From NCBI GenBank assembly GCA_025340205.1, contig CP006868.1:510001-542000 (forward strand): 32,000 nucleotides of DNA, written 5' to 3'. Under the pieces are notes generated by a model that was given only the letters and a program-made list of their open reading frames with translations, searched no databases and was not told the DNA's origin. This stretch comes from Ignicoccus pacificus DSM 13166. Lineage in GTDB: Archaea; Thermoproteota; Thermoprotei_A; Sulfolobales; Ignicoccaceae. The position numbers were made by a program, and so were the translations under genes. This document shows, piece after piece, positions 1 through 10,052 of the stretch. The number at the start of each line of letters is the position of its first letter. The stretch's first letter is position 1.

Positions 1-85
1 CCTTCTCTCCTAGGACGTAGATCTCAGCTCTCCTGCTCCTCTCGCTGAGCGCTTTGATGTACTCTTCGGGCTTCCTTAGCCCCAT
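1..85 (-). CDS. N-terminal fragment of a 4-hydroxyphenylacetate 3-monooxygenase / 4-hydroxybutyryl-CoA dehydratase-family protein (truncated by window edge)
   Basis: Reverse strand from ATG at 85 reads MGLRKPEEYIKALSERSRRAEIYVLGEK, resembling the '(R/K)xPEEYIxxL...R..(I/V)Y(V/L)xGE(K/R)V' N-terminus of this family. TATA-like sequence (TATAAAT in the reverse complement) lies upstream. Confidence 0.45.
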   Translation of the reverse strand, partial: MGLRKPEEYIKALSERSRRAEIYVLGEK

Positions 86-230
86 TCCTATACACCGCTC
101 TCCCCTTACCGTTGCGACAATTTATACCTATCTTTACAGTATTTACTCGTTTATATGGTAGGAGAGGGTTCCTACAAGAAGGTTCTCGAGTTAAGGCATT
201 GAGAATAAAAAAGAGTATTATAAGAGCGGC

Positions 231-3200
231 TTAGCCTTGGTATAGCACCATCTTACATGTTAACGAGGTCAAGGATATGTTGATAGTGTTTACGTTGTTG
301 GCTTCTCCGATCAGCGGGTTCTGCGCACAACTGCAGAAGCAATTTCCGGAGTTCTGAGAGTTGGTGGGCGAGGGGGCGATTTGCACGCTCGGAGAGTTAC
401 AGTTGATACACTGTGCTCCTCCGATGAGCATGTAAAGATTACCTTGGTATTGTGCTAGAATGTCCCAACTTGTAGTTAGAGCAACGCTCATGTAATCACC
501 GTTCCTGCTTACTGTTAAGTTACCTATGGGCAGCTTCTGCCACACCAGGTTGGTATCAGGAGCCTTAGGTATCTTAGGTCTGTTGAAGAGATCCATACCA
601 CTCCACACGTCACTGAAGAGTCCAACTTGTTGATATCCCCTATCAGTTCCCTTGGCAGTACTCAAGATCACGAAACTGGCCCGCGAGCCGCTTGAAGTGC
701 TTCCCTTGAAGCCTATAGTCATTGAGTCCAGACCTACTGCATCCGTCAAGTTGGCTCCCGGAAAGAGGAAGTCCGTTCTATCATATTGGAGCAAGAAGTC
801 GCCGCTCTCGTAGAGTATTACGCCGAATCTACCTCTCATCCACGGCGAGTAGGTAGTGTTCGGATGACCTTCTTCGTCCCACCATATAGCGCTCCACTTC
901 TGTCCGTGACTGTAACCGTACTGAGCCCACGTGGCCAGATGAGCCCCTTCCCAGCCGTAGTACTGCGCGGTAGTGTTCCTACTCATATCAAAGGGACTCT
1001 CGGCTATCGCGATAGTAGCATTGGCCCCTCCGTTGCTAAATACTAGCGAACCTATTCCGGGCGTGATGCTTACGTTGGTATAATTTATTCCATAGAGCTC
1101 AAAGCTGGGCAACTGCAACGAAGCATTGCTAGGCAGTATGGAGAGCGTCACCCATGGCCAGCTGTTGTTCACTGACGCACCACTCAAGCTGGAGTAGCTT
1201 AAGGTAGTAAGGGCTCCAACAGTTCCCGGCGGGATGTAGGTTCCATTCTCGCTGACTCCCCAGAGCTGATAATTCACGGAGGTCGGCGCCTCCCTTTCCC
1301 AAGGTGGTACGTCATAGGGATCCTTACTGGCAACGTATTCCAAATACATTCCGTTGGTTTTCACCCAACTATTATTAGCGAGGGCGATCAATTTCTGAGG
1401 ATCCTTGATGCTGGTCTTCGGAACTATTAATGTTATGTTATCAATGTATACGGCACCGGCAACGTTGCTACCCGTTGTAGCACTGAAGCCCATGAACCAG
1501 TACCTAGGAATGCTAAACCCAGCCGAACCAGCTGTAGTGTTAAGCACCAACTTTCCGTCTATGAACACCAATACCTTTCCTCCACAAGTAGCAGTACTTG
1601 TCTTGAATGAGAAATCGGTTAAGCTGGGTGAGCGGTCATAATAACAATTGCCGGCCCATGTCGGATCGACGTAAATGGTAACGCTGTGCCATTTGCCATC
1701 GTTGAGGATATTGGCTAAAGGCACGCCATGGTATCCTATGTGATTGTATGGCGAGTCTTTCACCAGAGCCACATGACTGCCGGTGTTCACTTGAAGACCC
1801 TTCTCCAAAGTTAAACCGGGTATGCTGCTGACGTTATTTAAGACGTAATCGAACTCAACGGCGTAACCTGGGCTGTAACCGGCCTTGGGTCCAGCTAGAA
1901 GACCTAGGGCGCTTCCACCCATAGGTCTTACCTCCCACACGCTACTCAAATTATTGGGTGCCATTGGGTAGAATCTCTTGTAAAAGAAGAAGGCAAAGCC
2001 TTCTGGCGTTCCCTTTACCTTTACCTTGAAGTTTATAGCCCATGGTTTGTTGTTAGTTAACCATCTGATGATGTTCATCTTCTTGGGGGCAATTAGTAAC
2101 ACCGTCGCCCTATCATAATCATCTGGTACCAACCTTAGGTAGACATTACCAGTAGTGACGTTCTGTATTACTCCTATTCCTATGCTCGGAACGGTCTTCT
2201 CCTCTGGTCCAGGTTCATAGTTCTTCACAACCTCAAAGTTATTAATGTAATTGAAATCGTCATCAAAGAGCACTTTAATCTTATTCTCTTTGGCGTAGTC
2301 GGTGTAGTTAGCTGACGCACACATTTGGACCAGTCTTTGGGTGCTGATATCGGGTGATGCTTTACATATCCTCACGTTATCTATCAGCGTCGTCACGTTG
2401 TTAGGTCCTAGGTTCCCGCTGGCGGTGAAGCCTATGCTCCAGCTGGGAGGTATGTATATTCCGGCAGAGCTCCCTACATTCACCTCATTGACCTTTACGT
2501 AAAGTCCTCCTCCCTTGCAACTGTTCTCAAAATAGATTATTATGATGTAATAGCCAGGCTCATCGAAGCTGACATTGAACCTCTTGGTTTGATGGGAGGC
2601 ATAAGTCCAACCGCTTTCGACCACTCTTGGCTTCTCGGCAAATCTCCACGTGCCATCGGTCTCGTTGTAGTAAACTCTGGCGACCACTACCTCTTGTGCG
2701 TTAGTGGCACTTATAGTAAAGCTTAGCACCGTAGGCTTGTTTATCTTGATGATGCTGTAGGCTACTGAGAAGACTGGGTAGGTATTTCCTGTAGCGCTGT
2801 CCAAGTCAATCGGCGGCGGGAAGCTACTACCGCTAAGCAACGGGAACTGCCATATTCCGACAGCGTAATTGACACCATTGTAGCTATAGTTTCCTAATAA
2901 CAGCGGATAACTGTAGGGAATTCTCGTCAATGTATTCACGTATATGTCATAACCATAGTTGAGATAGTATTGGGCATTTGCTGGCGAGTCGTAGAGCAAG
3001 TAGTAGGATGCGTCGGTGGGGATTAATCCAAAGTAGGGACCCGCTTTAATGAACTGCTTTACAGTAGCATTGTAGTAGACGTAACTGTAGGGGTTTGGTA
3101 TCCCTTGAGGCAACACCGCTTCCTCGCTTCCTAAGAACCAAGCGCTTCCGAGAGGTAGCACTATTCCTTGTGGATAGCTGTACAGGTACTCCAGTATCTG

Positions 3201-6200
3201 TCCATTTGCATAGACGGTTCCTTGGGGAGTATTGAGTACCAACGAGCCATTAATGAAGGGGACGAATTCGTTAAACGCTAACGAAGTTATTATCTGAGGG
3301 AAGGTGTTGTTACCTACTGTTATGTTCCAGACAGCTAGGCTAGGTTCGTTGGCTATTTCGTAAACGTTAGTATAGTACCAAGTAGCACCGTTGTTAAAGT
3401 AGTTCGATATGTTCTCCATAGGCGGTCTTAGCATCTCCACCACGTCATCTCCGGGTTTGACGTTAGGTAACGTCCAGTTCGCTGGGCTTGGAGTGAGCAA
3501 AGGTGATACACTGAAATCACAAGTCTTTATATTCTTGTCAATGAACATCCTAACAATCCAAGGTATCATACCCTTACCGTTGTACACGTCAACACTCACG
3601 TAATCGGGATATCCGGTATCGGCCCACAGCACTATTATCCTATATTTTCCAGGTTTAACGTTGAGCGGTATCAAGTAGTTAGGTACGTTCTTAGCCACTA
3701 CAGATGCATTTAAAAGCACAACGGGCTTGCCCCAAGTTCCTCCAACTGGCTTATATTGATACCATACGACTATACTGTTCCCTCCGCTCACTTGGAGAAA
3801 TATCGTTCCTTGTCCGCTCACTCCGAAGGTTCCGGTTATTAGACCTACCGTAGAATTACTCGAGCCCGTGTCTAGACCAGTCCATATTACGTTGTTGCTA
3901 GAAGCGTAAACTGGCGGCAGCAACTGGAGGTTCTGTACGATCTTTTGTTTCTCACAGTAGTACTGTGGTCTCTTGTGGCACGTGCAGTTGTGAACGTGAA
4001 CGTAATAGCAGTAATATTCGGTATAGGAGTTTGTCGTCTCAACGCTCGGCGAGAAGAGCCAGCTCCTGTTTGGTCCATTGAAGACCGTTACGCCGACGTT
4101 AGGAGCTGTCGTCAGACTTAAGGCGCTCGAAAACTTAGGCGTCGTCGTTATTGGGTAACTGCTGATCACTGAGACCTTTGTACTATTTCTTACCAAGTTT
4201 CCTAAGCTTAGAGGAACGGGGCTGAGGGTGCTTGAGAACGGCAGTGTGAAGCTGGTTGTTCCGTTACTAACCGTAGGAGATAGGGTGACGGGCGTCAAGG
4301 CTGGTAGTGAACTATTGCTCTTAAAGACGATGACGCTCCACGTTACAGCTGTTCCATTGGGGAAGTACTCTAATATATCGCTCCCTATGGCCTCACCCCC
4401 GGAGTAGGTCTGTCCAGTAAAGTCCTTCTGCAACACTATGCCCTTGATCCTTCCCGTAACGTTATCGGTCTCGTATGCCGTTATGTTTATCTCTTGAGCA
4501 TAATAGCTTCCCTTTACAAGCTTTGGTTCCTTCGGCTCCACGACCACACATATTCTGTGCCATCTGTTGAGTAGATAGCTGTAGTTAGTTACATTACTCG
4601 CGATGACCTCGCCCGGCAACCAGTTCGTGAACATGTTTCTGTAAAGTAGGGCGAAGTGAGGTGCCGGCGGCTCGTTGTCTAGGTAGAAGTCATTAGTCCC
4701 ATCAAATTGAGCCAACGGCGTGTACTTAGTATCTATTTCAAGACCAAAGCCCGAGCTATCGCCGGTCCCGAAGAAGCCCATTATCGGTCCGGCTCCTGGA
4801 AGGTAGTTGAAGCTCTTGTAGAAGCTCATCACCATACCCTCTCCTGGTCCTCTGTAAACGCTCGTTCCGCTGTAGTTACCGTTAGTTGCAAGCATGACGT
4901 CGTAACAAATAACCCATCTGTCCATCAGCTGCGGTCTAAGCTTTTCCATTACGTCTTCGCTTAAGTAAACGCCTCCTTTAGTTATCATCAGCTCCATGTC
5001 TCCTGTGTCATTCCCTAATATTGGGTAATCTTTACTCTTTAAGTAGCTGTCCAAGTCTTCAACATATATGTTGCTCTTAGGTAGCACACCCCACTTACCG
5101 CTGAGTATCATGGCTTGAGCGTTGTACATACCTCTGCTTAGAGTGTTATTACCGTATTCTTGGAAGTTCTCGCTAAGTGGTATATTAAGAAGTGTCGCTG
5201 GCTGTTCCCCATGCAGATTAACGCTAGTGAGAGGACAACTGGCTTGGTCTTGCACGGTGGCATTATAACATCCCCTCTCAAGAGGGGCGTAGTAGATTGT
5301 GTAATTTCCTTGGGGTGGGGCGATGTAGTTTGATGGCACCTTCACCTCTACTGGAGCGTTGCCGTTTAATACTCCCCCGAGTTCATTCCACATCTCCAGT
5401 GGCCAGTACTTTACATAAATCGCCACCCCTCCCTTTATCATCTCACCAGGTTGTACTTCGAAAGGCACGTCTACAGTAACCCATCCAGCAGCGTTGCCAT
5501 AACCATATGAGCTAAGCAAGGGCTTGCTCAATACGCCATCTCCGCCATCACCGAACTTAAAGATCAAGTAACCAGTATCGATGTTGTCGTGGAAGTATAT
5601 AGTTAATACATGATGTCCTTGCCTTACGTTTATAGCTATCTCTTTGCTGTACTCAATTGGAAGCGTTTTGCTTGTCTTCACTAGTTCATACCCAAACCTT
5701 CCTTCCACACCAAATGGGATCAGAGGCCTTATCCTAAGCTCATCTATCCAATATGGGTAGTCACCTCTCACGACAATTTTGTCGAAGACCGAGTTCGGTG
5801 AGATAGATAGCTGGGCTCCTAGCTTAGCGGTCGTTGGTCCATCGACGAAGTACTGGAGACTCATAGGAGTTATTGTAAACTTATTGTAGTACCACTCACC
5901 TATCATTACTTGCATGGGTCCTTCGACTATCGTGCTACTTGTAAAGGACGGCATGAAGCTCCTCCTCAATATAGAGATTGAACCACTTCCTGTGAGGTTG
6001 AGTACGGCGTCGAATTCATGGGTTTCATTTCCAAGGCCCACGCTGACCACGTTGGGACTATTGGGCATTATCGAGAAGTATTCCAAGACCAGACCGTTAC
6101 CTAAAGTTAGAATCTTCGATGGCCACTTTATATAGTGAAGGTGAACGGTAGGAGCGTAGACCCTTATTCTAATCCACTTTATTCCGACCTTGGTCGCTCC

Positions 6201-9200
6201 TGAATCCGTATCTCCATGAAGGATTAACGTTACGTAGCTACCGAACTTCGGAAGAGCTAGGGACGCTGGAACACTATAATCGAAATGTGGACTCTCTAAC
6301 AGCGAGCTGTAGCTATAATCCTCATAAAACTTGATCGCTGTCCCATTGAATATTACTTTAAAGTATCTTGGATAGAGTGGGTTTATCCTCTCACTAACTC
6401 CATATTTCGTTGAAAGAGTTCCATTACCGATGCCGTACTTCAGCACCCAGACGGGTTGTTCTGTCCCAACGTCACTAACGAGAGCGAGACCCACATAGCT
6501 CTTGTAGATGTCCGGAAGGGTCGTGTTGTCTAGATACGTCACGTTGGTCAGTATCAATCCTAAGTCATGATCCCCGCTTCTGGACGTCCCATTGCCCCAT
6601 GCCAATCCCTCTATAACAATAGGATGTGAAGATATGAAGGACGTAGGTATTGGGTTAGAATAGGCTAATGCTGCCTCGTAGCTATACTTGAACGGATTCC
6701 AGCTCACGTTCCACCAATCGTTCCAGTTACCCCAAGCTAGCAGTGCTCCGTCTACGTCATAGTTCGGCGGAGCAGTTAGGGTCTCGTTTCCTCGTAGGAA
6801 TAGCCATTCCCAATTGCCGAGACTTTGAGAGAAGTCGGTGTACATATAAAAGACATCGCTTGGATCCGCTACGTTGCTTGTGTTGGATACGCTTATGTTT
6901 AATATTATTGATTGTTTAGGAGCCAAGTACAGTCTTACCCATATGTAACCGTCACTCCTTGTGTAATCGGTTGTACACGCTCCGCTGAGCGTTTCATAAC
7001 AGAAGCTCACTGAGGTATAGTTAGGACTACTCACGTAGAGTGGTTTTCCTACAAAGGGTGTTTTGATCCTTATTGCCACCCCGTCACTGTAGTCAACGGT
7101 CCCAGCGTTTGTCACGTTAACGATCACGTAGCCACTGTCGGCTTGATCCGCGGGAATTTCCAGATACCCTCCAGCAGGATCGTTAGCTCCTAGAGGGAGA
7201 GAGCCGGGTATAACGGTCTTCTCAACGGCGCTCCTCCCGTAGAGGGAGGTCGTGAAGCTCGGCACTATGACTGTTCCGTAGTCGTACCCCAGAGCAGTCA
7301 ATGGTGGCTCCAAGGTTCTCCATCCCATATCGTTCATGAAGCTATCATAGTAGTAGAACACCTCTCCCGGTTCGCTGGCACCATTCGTACCTACCTTGAC
7401 CAAGAACTTGTTACTCCCACTTGTAAGGTTTGTCTTAATCCATATTGCTACGTCATTTGAAGAAGGAGATGAACTGCAAGCACCGTAGACGCCTAGCTGG
7501 CCCACCACGTTAGCCTCTTCGTAACAGAAGGGTATCTTAGTACCGTTCTCAGTATAGATGCTAATTGGCTTTCCTATGAGCTCTGGGGGGAGCTTTATCC
7601 TGATAATTTGGTCTTGTAAGACGCTAGGTGAGGTCACACTAATATACCAGCTCTTTACTAGTTCAGTTACGTTACTCTCTTCATTCCAGTTTGTGTAAAC
7701 GGGATTACTATCAAGGAACACCTTGACTCCCGTACCGTAAACGTTTAGCTTGAGGAACACTGTACCATTTATCAGAGCGTTAAACGGTATTTTGATAACT
7801 CCGTATGCGTTACTCCCGCTCAGCGCGGGGTCCATGTACTTTATTACGTGATCGGCCGTGATGTTGGTTGAGTCCCCACCATAGCTAGCACCTATCAACG
7901 CCACTGTATCTCCGGGTTTGAATGACGTCGTTGAGTTCGCATAGGGAAGGGAGGCCGGGAAGTAGGTGGGACTATAGGGCTCTAGAGTGCCCGTGTTCGT
8001 GTACAGCAAGTAAGTCATGTTTAGTATTACTGAAGGTACGAAGAGACCCCAGTGGTCACTTAGGCTAAAGGGAGCATTGGAGAGCTTATTACAATCGCTT
8101 CCATAACATATGTAGACTTCCGGTACCATGTTATTATCCTTATCTTGAAGTACGATACTATATCCAAGTGGGTTTCTGAATGTTAAGGAGCTAACATTAG
8201 AGTATATAGTTCCACTAGCCGTAGGATAAGGAACCAAGCTCTGATCGAGCTGAGTTAAGGGACTGATAGCTGGTGTAAAACTCCACTTAACTAACGTCTT
8301 TTGCCCCGTCTCCGGGTTCTCTACCCATGCCATTATACCGTAGATGTACGCACATCTAAATCCTCCAGGTCCACAAGTTTCTTTAAAGAATTCTATTCTT
8401 TTCTGTAAATTAGGGTCGTTCGCGTATACTTCCTTTAAGTAATTTATAGGGAAGCTCTTACCGTCCGCAGCGTCTTCTAGCGCTAATTCGGTAGCGTTGA
8501 CCGGTATGACCACCGGAAAGTCCTTTCTGGTTGTCTGAGACAGCACTTCAAAAGGAATAAAGAACACAGCAGTCCTGCCGTCCGGAGGAGGCGGCGCGTT
8601 TCCGCTGAGGAAGCTGGCCGCAAAGGATATCCACTGAGTCACGCTGAGTCCAGAGACCTTACACGTGCAGTTACATTTACTCGTACTTTGAGTGCCTTGA
8701 AGGATCAAGTTCTGGGCTGACAGGGTGCCCGTCGAGTTCGCTATGGTTAATCTGCATGGCGCTAGAGAAACGGTGCTATCCGGCGTGCTTACCTTCACAT
8801 CTATTACTTTTATCCTCTTAACTACCGGGGTGCTCTGCTGAAGGGCGAACTGTATCAAAGCTATCGCGTACATACCCGTGTTGGTGTTATTGTTTACCGC
8901 TACTTCCCATCCTTCCTTCTCCGCTCCTTCAAGTAAAGTCTGGAATGGTGGTGACCTCTCAGTTGTAGGTAGCAAGAGCTTGAACCCTGCAACTGCGCTC
9001 TTGCCTGTAATCGGATCTATCAAGGCTAATTGACTGAAGGTACTGGTGGGTGTGAGCACTACTTGAGTTATTGTTTTGGCACCGCTTTCGAAAGTTACAT
9101 TTAAGGTAAGTGTTATTGCCACCATTATTGTATCTGGTAGCTTCACCCCGCCTTTGTATATTAAGCTGAGCAAGCTAGCTGAGGGGAGTGCCGGCACTTG

Positions 9201-9422
9201 GACATCTTGCGAGGTACATGCACAAAGCCCACTTGCTAAAAGAGATGCTTGTAAGGCCGCACTCGCTTGACTGTTCGCTTGGATACCCTCCATCCTTACC
9301 TCTTGTTGCCTATTTATGAGGTTGACAACCATCATTATGGCTAAGAATAGTAGGATCATCATTATGAAGGCACCTATGACCATTCCGATTCCTCCGCGGC
9401 GAAGGTTCTGAATCACTCTCAC
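231..9422 (-). CDS. Giant (3063 aa) surface/adhesin-like protein: pilin-like N-terminal hydrophobic segment, DUF2341-like modules, L-type-lectin-like beta-sandwich segments, Cys-x-Cys clusters
   Basis: Uninterrupted 3063-aa ORF from GTG at 9422; N-terminus MRVIQNLRRGGIGMVIGAFIMMILLFLAIMMVVN; dense N-x-S/T sequons; beta-rich, Asn/Thr/Ser/Tyr-rich body; segments resembling DUF2341 and lectin domains. Confidence 0.9.
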   Translation of the reverse strand: MRVIQNLRRGGIGMVIGAFIMMILLFLAIMMVVNLINRQQEVRMEGIQANSQASAALQASLLASGLCACTSQDVQVPALPSASLLSLIYKGGVKLPDTIMVAITLTLNVTFESGAKTITQVVLTPTSTFSQLALIDPITGKSAVAGFKLLLPTTERSPPFQTLLEGAEKEGWEVAVNNNTNTGMYAIALIQFALQQSTPVVKRIKVIDVKVSTPDSTVSLAPCRLTIANSTGTLSAQNLILQGTQSTSKCNCTCKVSGLSVTQWISFAASFLSGNAPPPPDGRTAVFFIPFEVLSQTTRKDFPVVIPVNATELALEDAADGKSFPINYLKEVYANDPNLQKRIEFFKETCGPGGFRCAYIYGIMAWVENPETGQKTLVKWSFTPAISPLTQLDQSLVPYPTASGTIYSNVSSLTFRNPLGYSIVLQDKDNNMVPEVYICYGSDCNKLSNAPFSLSDHWGLFVPSVILNMTYLLYTNTGTLEPYSPTYFPASLPYANSTTSFKPGDTVALIGASYGGDSTNITADHVIKYMDPALSGSNAYGVIKIPFNALINGTVFLKLNVYGTGVKVFLDSNPVYTNWNEESNVTELVKSWYISVTSPSVLQDQIIRIKLPPELIGKPISIYTENGTKIPFCYEEANVVGQLGVYGACSSSPSSNDVAIWIKTNLTSGSNKFLVKVGTNGASEPGEVFYYYDSFMNDMGWRTLEPPLTALGYDYGTVIVPSFTTSLYGRSAVEKTVIPGSLPLGANDPAGGYLEIPADQADSGYVIVNVTNAGTVDYSDGVAIRIKTPFVGKPLYVSSPNYTSVSFCYETLSGACTTDYTRSDGYIWVRLYLAPKQSIILNISVSNTSNVADPSDVFYMYTDFSQSLGNWEWLFLRGNETLTAPPNYDVDGALLAWGNWNDWWNVSWNPFKYSYEAALAYSNPIPTSFISSHPIVIEGLAWGNGTSRSGDHDLGLILTNVTYLDNTTLPDIYKSYVGLALVSDVGTEQPVWVLKYGIGNGTLSTKYGVSERINPLYPRYFKVIFNGTAIKFYEDYSYSSLLESPHFDYSVPASLALPKFGSYVTLILHGDTDSGATKVGIKWIRIRVYAPTVHLHYIKWPSKILTLGNGLVLEYFSIMPNSPNVVSVGLGNETHEFDAVLNLTGSGSISILRRSFMPSFTSSTIVEGPMQVMIGEWYYNKFTITPMSLQYFVDGPTTAKLGAQLSISPNSVFDKIVVRGDYPYWIDELRIRPLIPFGVEGRFGYELVKTSKTLPIEYSKEIAINVRQGHHVLTIYFHDNIDTGYLIFKFGDGGDGVLSKPLLSSYGYGNAAGWVTVDVPFEVQPGEMIKGGVAIYVKYWPLEMWNELGGVLNGNAPVEVKVPSNYIAPPQGNYTIYYAPLERGCYNATVQDQASCPLTSVNLHGEQPATLLNIPLSENFQEYGNNTLSRGMYNAQAMILSGKWGVLPKSNIYVEDLDSYLKSKDYPILGNDTGDMELMITKGGVYLSEDVMEKLRPQLMDRWVICYDVMLATNGNYSGTSVYRGPGEGMVMSFYKSFNYLPGAGPIMGFFGTGDSSGFGLEIDTKYTPLAQFDGTNDFYLDNEPPAPHFALLYRNMFTNWLPGEVIASNVTNYSYLLNRWHRICVVVEPKEPKLVKGSYYAQEINITAYETDNVTGRIKGIVLQKDFTGQTYSGGEAIGSDILEYFPNGTAVTWSVIVFKSNSSLPALTPVTLSPTVSNGTTSFTLPFSSTLSPVPLSLGNLVRNSTKVSVISSYPITTTPKFSSALSLTTAPNVGVTVFNGPNRSWLFSPSVETTNSYTEYYCYYVHVHNCTCHKRPQYYCEKQKIVQNLQLLPPVYASSNNVIWTGLDTGSSNSTVGLITGTFGVSGQGTIFLQVSGGNSIVVWYQYKPVGGTWGKPVVLLNASVVAKNVPNYLIPLNVKPGKYRIIVLWADTGYPDYVSVDVYNGKGMIPWIVRMFIDKNIKTCDFSVSPLLTPSPANWTLPNVKPGDDVVEMLRPPMENISNYFNNGATWYYTNVYEIANEPSLAVWNITVGNNTFPQIITSLAFNEFVPFINGSLVLNTPQGTVYANGQILEYLYSYPQGIVLPLGSAWFLGSEEAVLPQGIPNPYSYVYYNATVKQFIKAGPYFGLIPTDASYYLLYDSPANAQYYLNYGYDIYVNTLTRIPYSYPLLLGNYSYNGVNYAVGIWQFPLLSGSSFPPPIDLDSATGNTYPVFSVAYSIIKINKPTVLSFTISATNAQEVVVARVYYNETDGTWRFAEKPRVVESGWTYASHQTKRFNVSFDEPGYYIIIIYFENSCKGGGLYVKVNEVNVGSSAGIYIPPSWSIGFTASGNLGPNNVTTLIDNVRICKASPDISTQRLVQMCASANYTDYAKENKIKVLFDDDFNYINNFEVVKNYEPGPEEKTVPSIGIGVIQNVTTGNVYLRLVPDDYDRATVLLIAPKKMNIIRWLTNNKPWAINFKVKVKGTPEGFAFFFYKRFYPMAPNNLSSVWEVRPMGGSALGLLAGPKAGYSPGYAVEFDYVLNNVSSIPGLTLEKGLQVNTGSHVALVKDSPYNHIGYHGVPLANILNDGKWHSVTIYVDPTWAGNCYYDRSPSLTDFSFKTSTATCGGKVLVFIDGKLVLNTTAGSAGFSIPRYWFMGFSATTGSNVAGAVYIDNITLIVPKTSIKDPQKLIALANNSWVKTNGMYLEYVASKDPYDVPPWEREAPTSVNYQLWGVSENGTYIPPGTVGALTTLSYSSLSGASVNNSWPWVTLSILPSNASLQLPSFELYGINYTNVSITPGIGSLVFSNGGANATIAIAESPFDMSRNTTAQYYGWEGAHLATWAQYGYSHGQKWSAIWWDEEGHPNTTYSPWMRGRFGVILYESGDFLLQYDRTDFLFPGANLTDAVGLDSMTIGFKGSTSSGSRASFVILSTAKGTDRGYQQVGLFSDVWSGMDLFNRPKIPKAPDTNLVWQKLPIGNLTVSRNGDYMSVALTTSWDILAQYQGNLYMLIGGAQCINCNSPSVQIAPSPTNSQNSGNCFCSCAQNPLIGEANNVNTINISLTSLTCKMVLYQG

Positions 9423-9447
9423 CGAGCAGATCGGAAGAAAACCAGCG

Positions 9448-9457
9448 CTATAAAAGA
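9448..9457 (-). promoter_or_regulatory. TATA-box-like element for the 3063-aa gene
   Basis: GCTATAAAAG on the + strand (CTTTTATAGC on the coding strand) centred ~30 nt upstream of the GTG at 9422, consistent with a near-leaderless archaeal promoter. Confidence 0.5.
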
Positions 9458-9548
9458 GATTGTTTGTTCAAAGCCATGAACAGCCCAAAAGGACTTTTCA
9501 GTAAAGTTCTCTTTTTGACAATAATAAAATTATCGTAAATGCACCTAG

Positions 9549-10052
9549 TTAACGCACTTGTGTCATCCAAGTATTTATATTCCTTACTTTACTCGGACCA
9601 AAGAACTCTATTTTACCGAACTTGGAAATAGGAACGTTCAATTGAGCTACTATTACATCCCCTGTGCTTAAACAGTAAGTTTTGTTGAACTCCTTTAATA
9701 CTATTACGTTTCCCAATAGGTCCTTCACGATCACTCCTTTCACGCAACCGCTTCCGAGTAAGACTTTTCCTACCACGGTTACGTTGCCCGAGCTTGGTAC
9801 TAAGATAACCTTATACCTCTGTTGAAATACTATAACCTTATTATTAATGATCATGATTGATGCCCCTTTAGAATAGACTGAGCTCAATAACGGGAGGGTA
9901 GTAGACTTAGCTATCGTTTCTATACTAATTATAATCATCCTGGTATCAGTATTAGGTTTTGCTCTCAAGAGCCAGCCCATCAATATCGTAGCTGCTACAA
10001 TCACCCCGCTCATGAGCAACAACACCTCAAGGGTCGCTATCCCTCTTCTCAA
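9549..10052 (-). CDS. Type-IV-pilin/TadE-like small membrane-anchored protein
   Basis: MRRGIATLEVLLLMSGVIVAATILMGWLL: basic residues, Gly, then hydrophobic stretch with Glu at +5, the class III (prepilin) signal pattern. 4-nt overlap with the upstream ORF. Confidence 0.7.
   Translation of the reverse strand: MRRGIATLEVLLLMSGVIVAATILMGWLLRAKPNTDTRMIIISIETIAKSTTLPLLSSVYSKGASIMIINNKVIVFQQRYKVILVPSSGNVTVVGKVLLGSGCVKGVIVKDLLGNVIVLKEFNKTYCLSTGDVIVAQLNVPISKFGKIEFFGPSKVRNINTWMTQVR

Noticed and set aside
786-4964. Several 60-86 aa ORFs antisense to or out of frame with the giant gene (786..1046, 1405..1641, 3409..3603, 3887..4078, 4707..4964)
   Set aside because: Low-complexity or improbable protein sequences lying entirely within a clearly coding 9.2-kb frame; explained by codon bias on the opposite strand.
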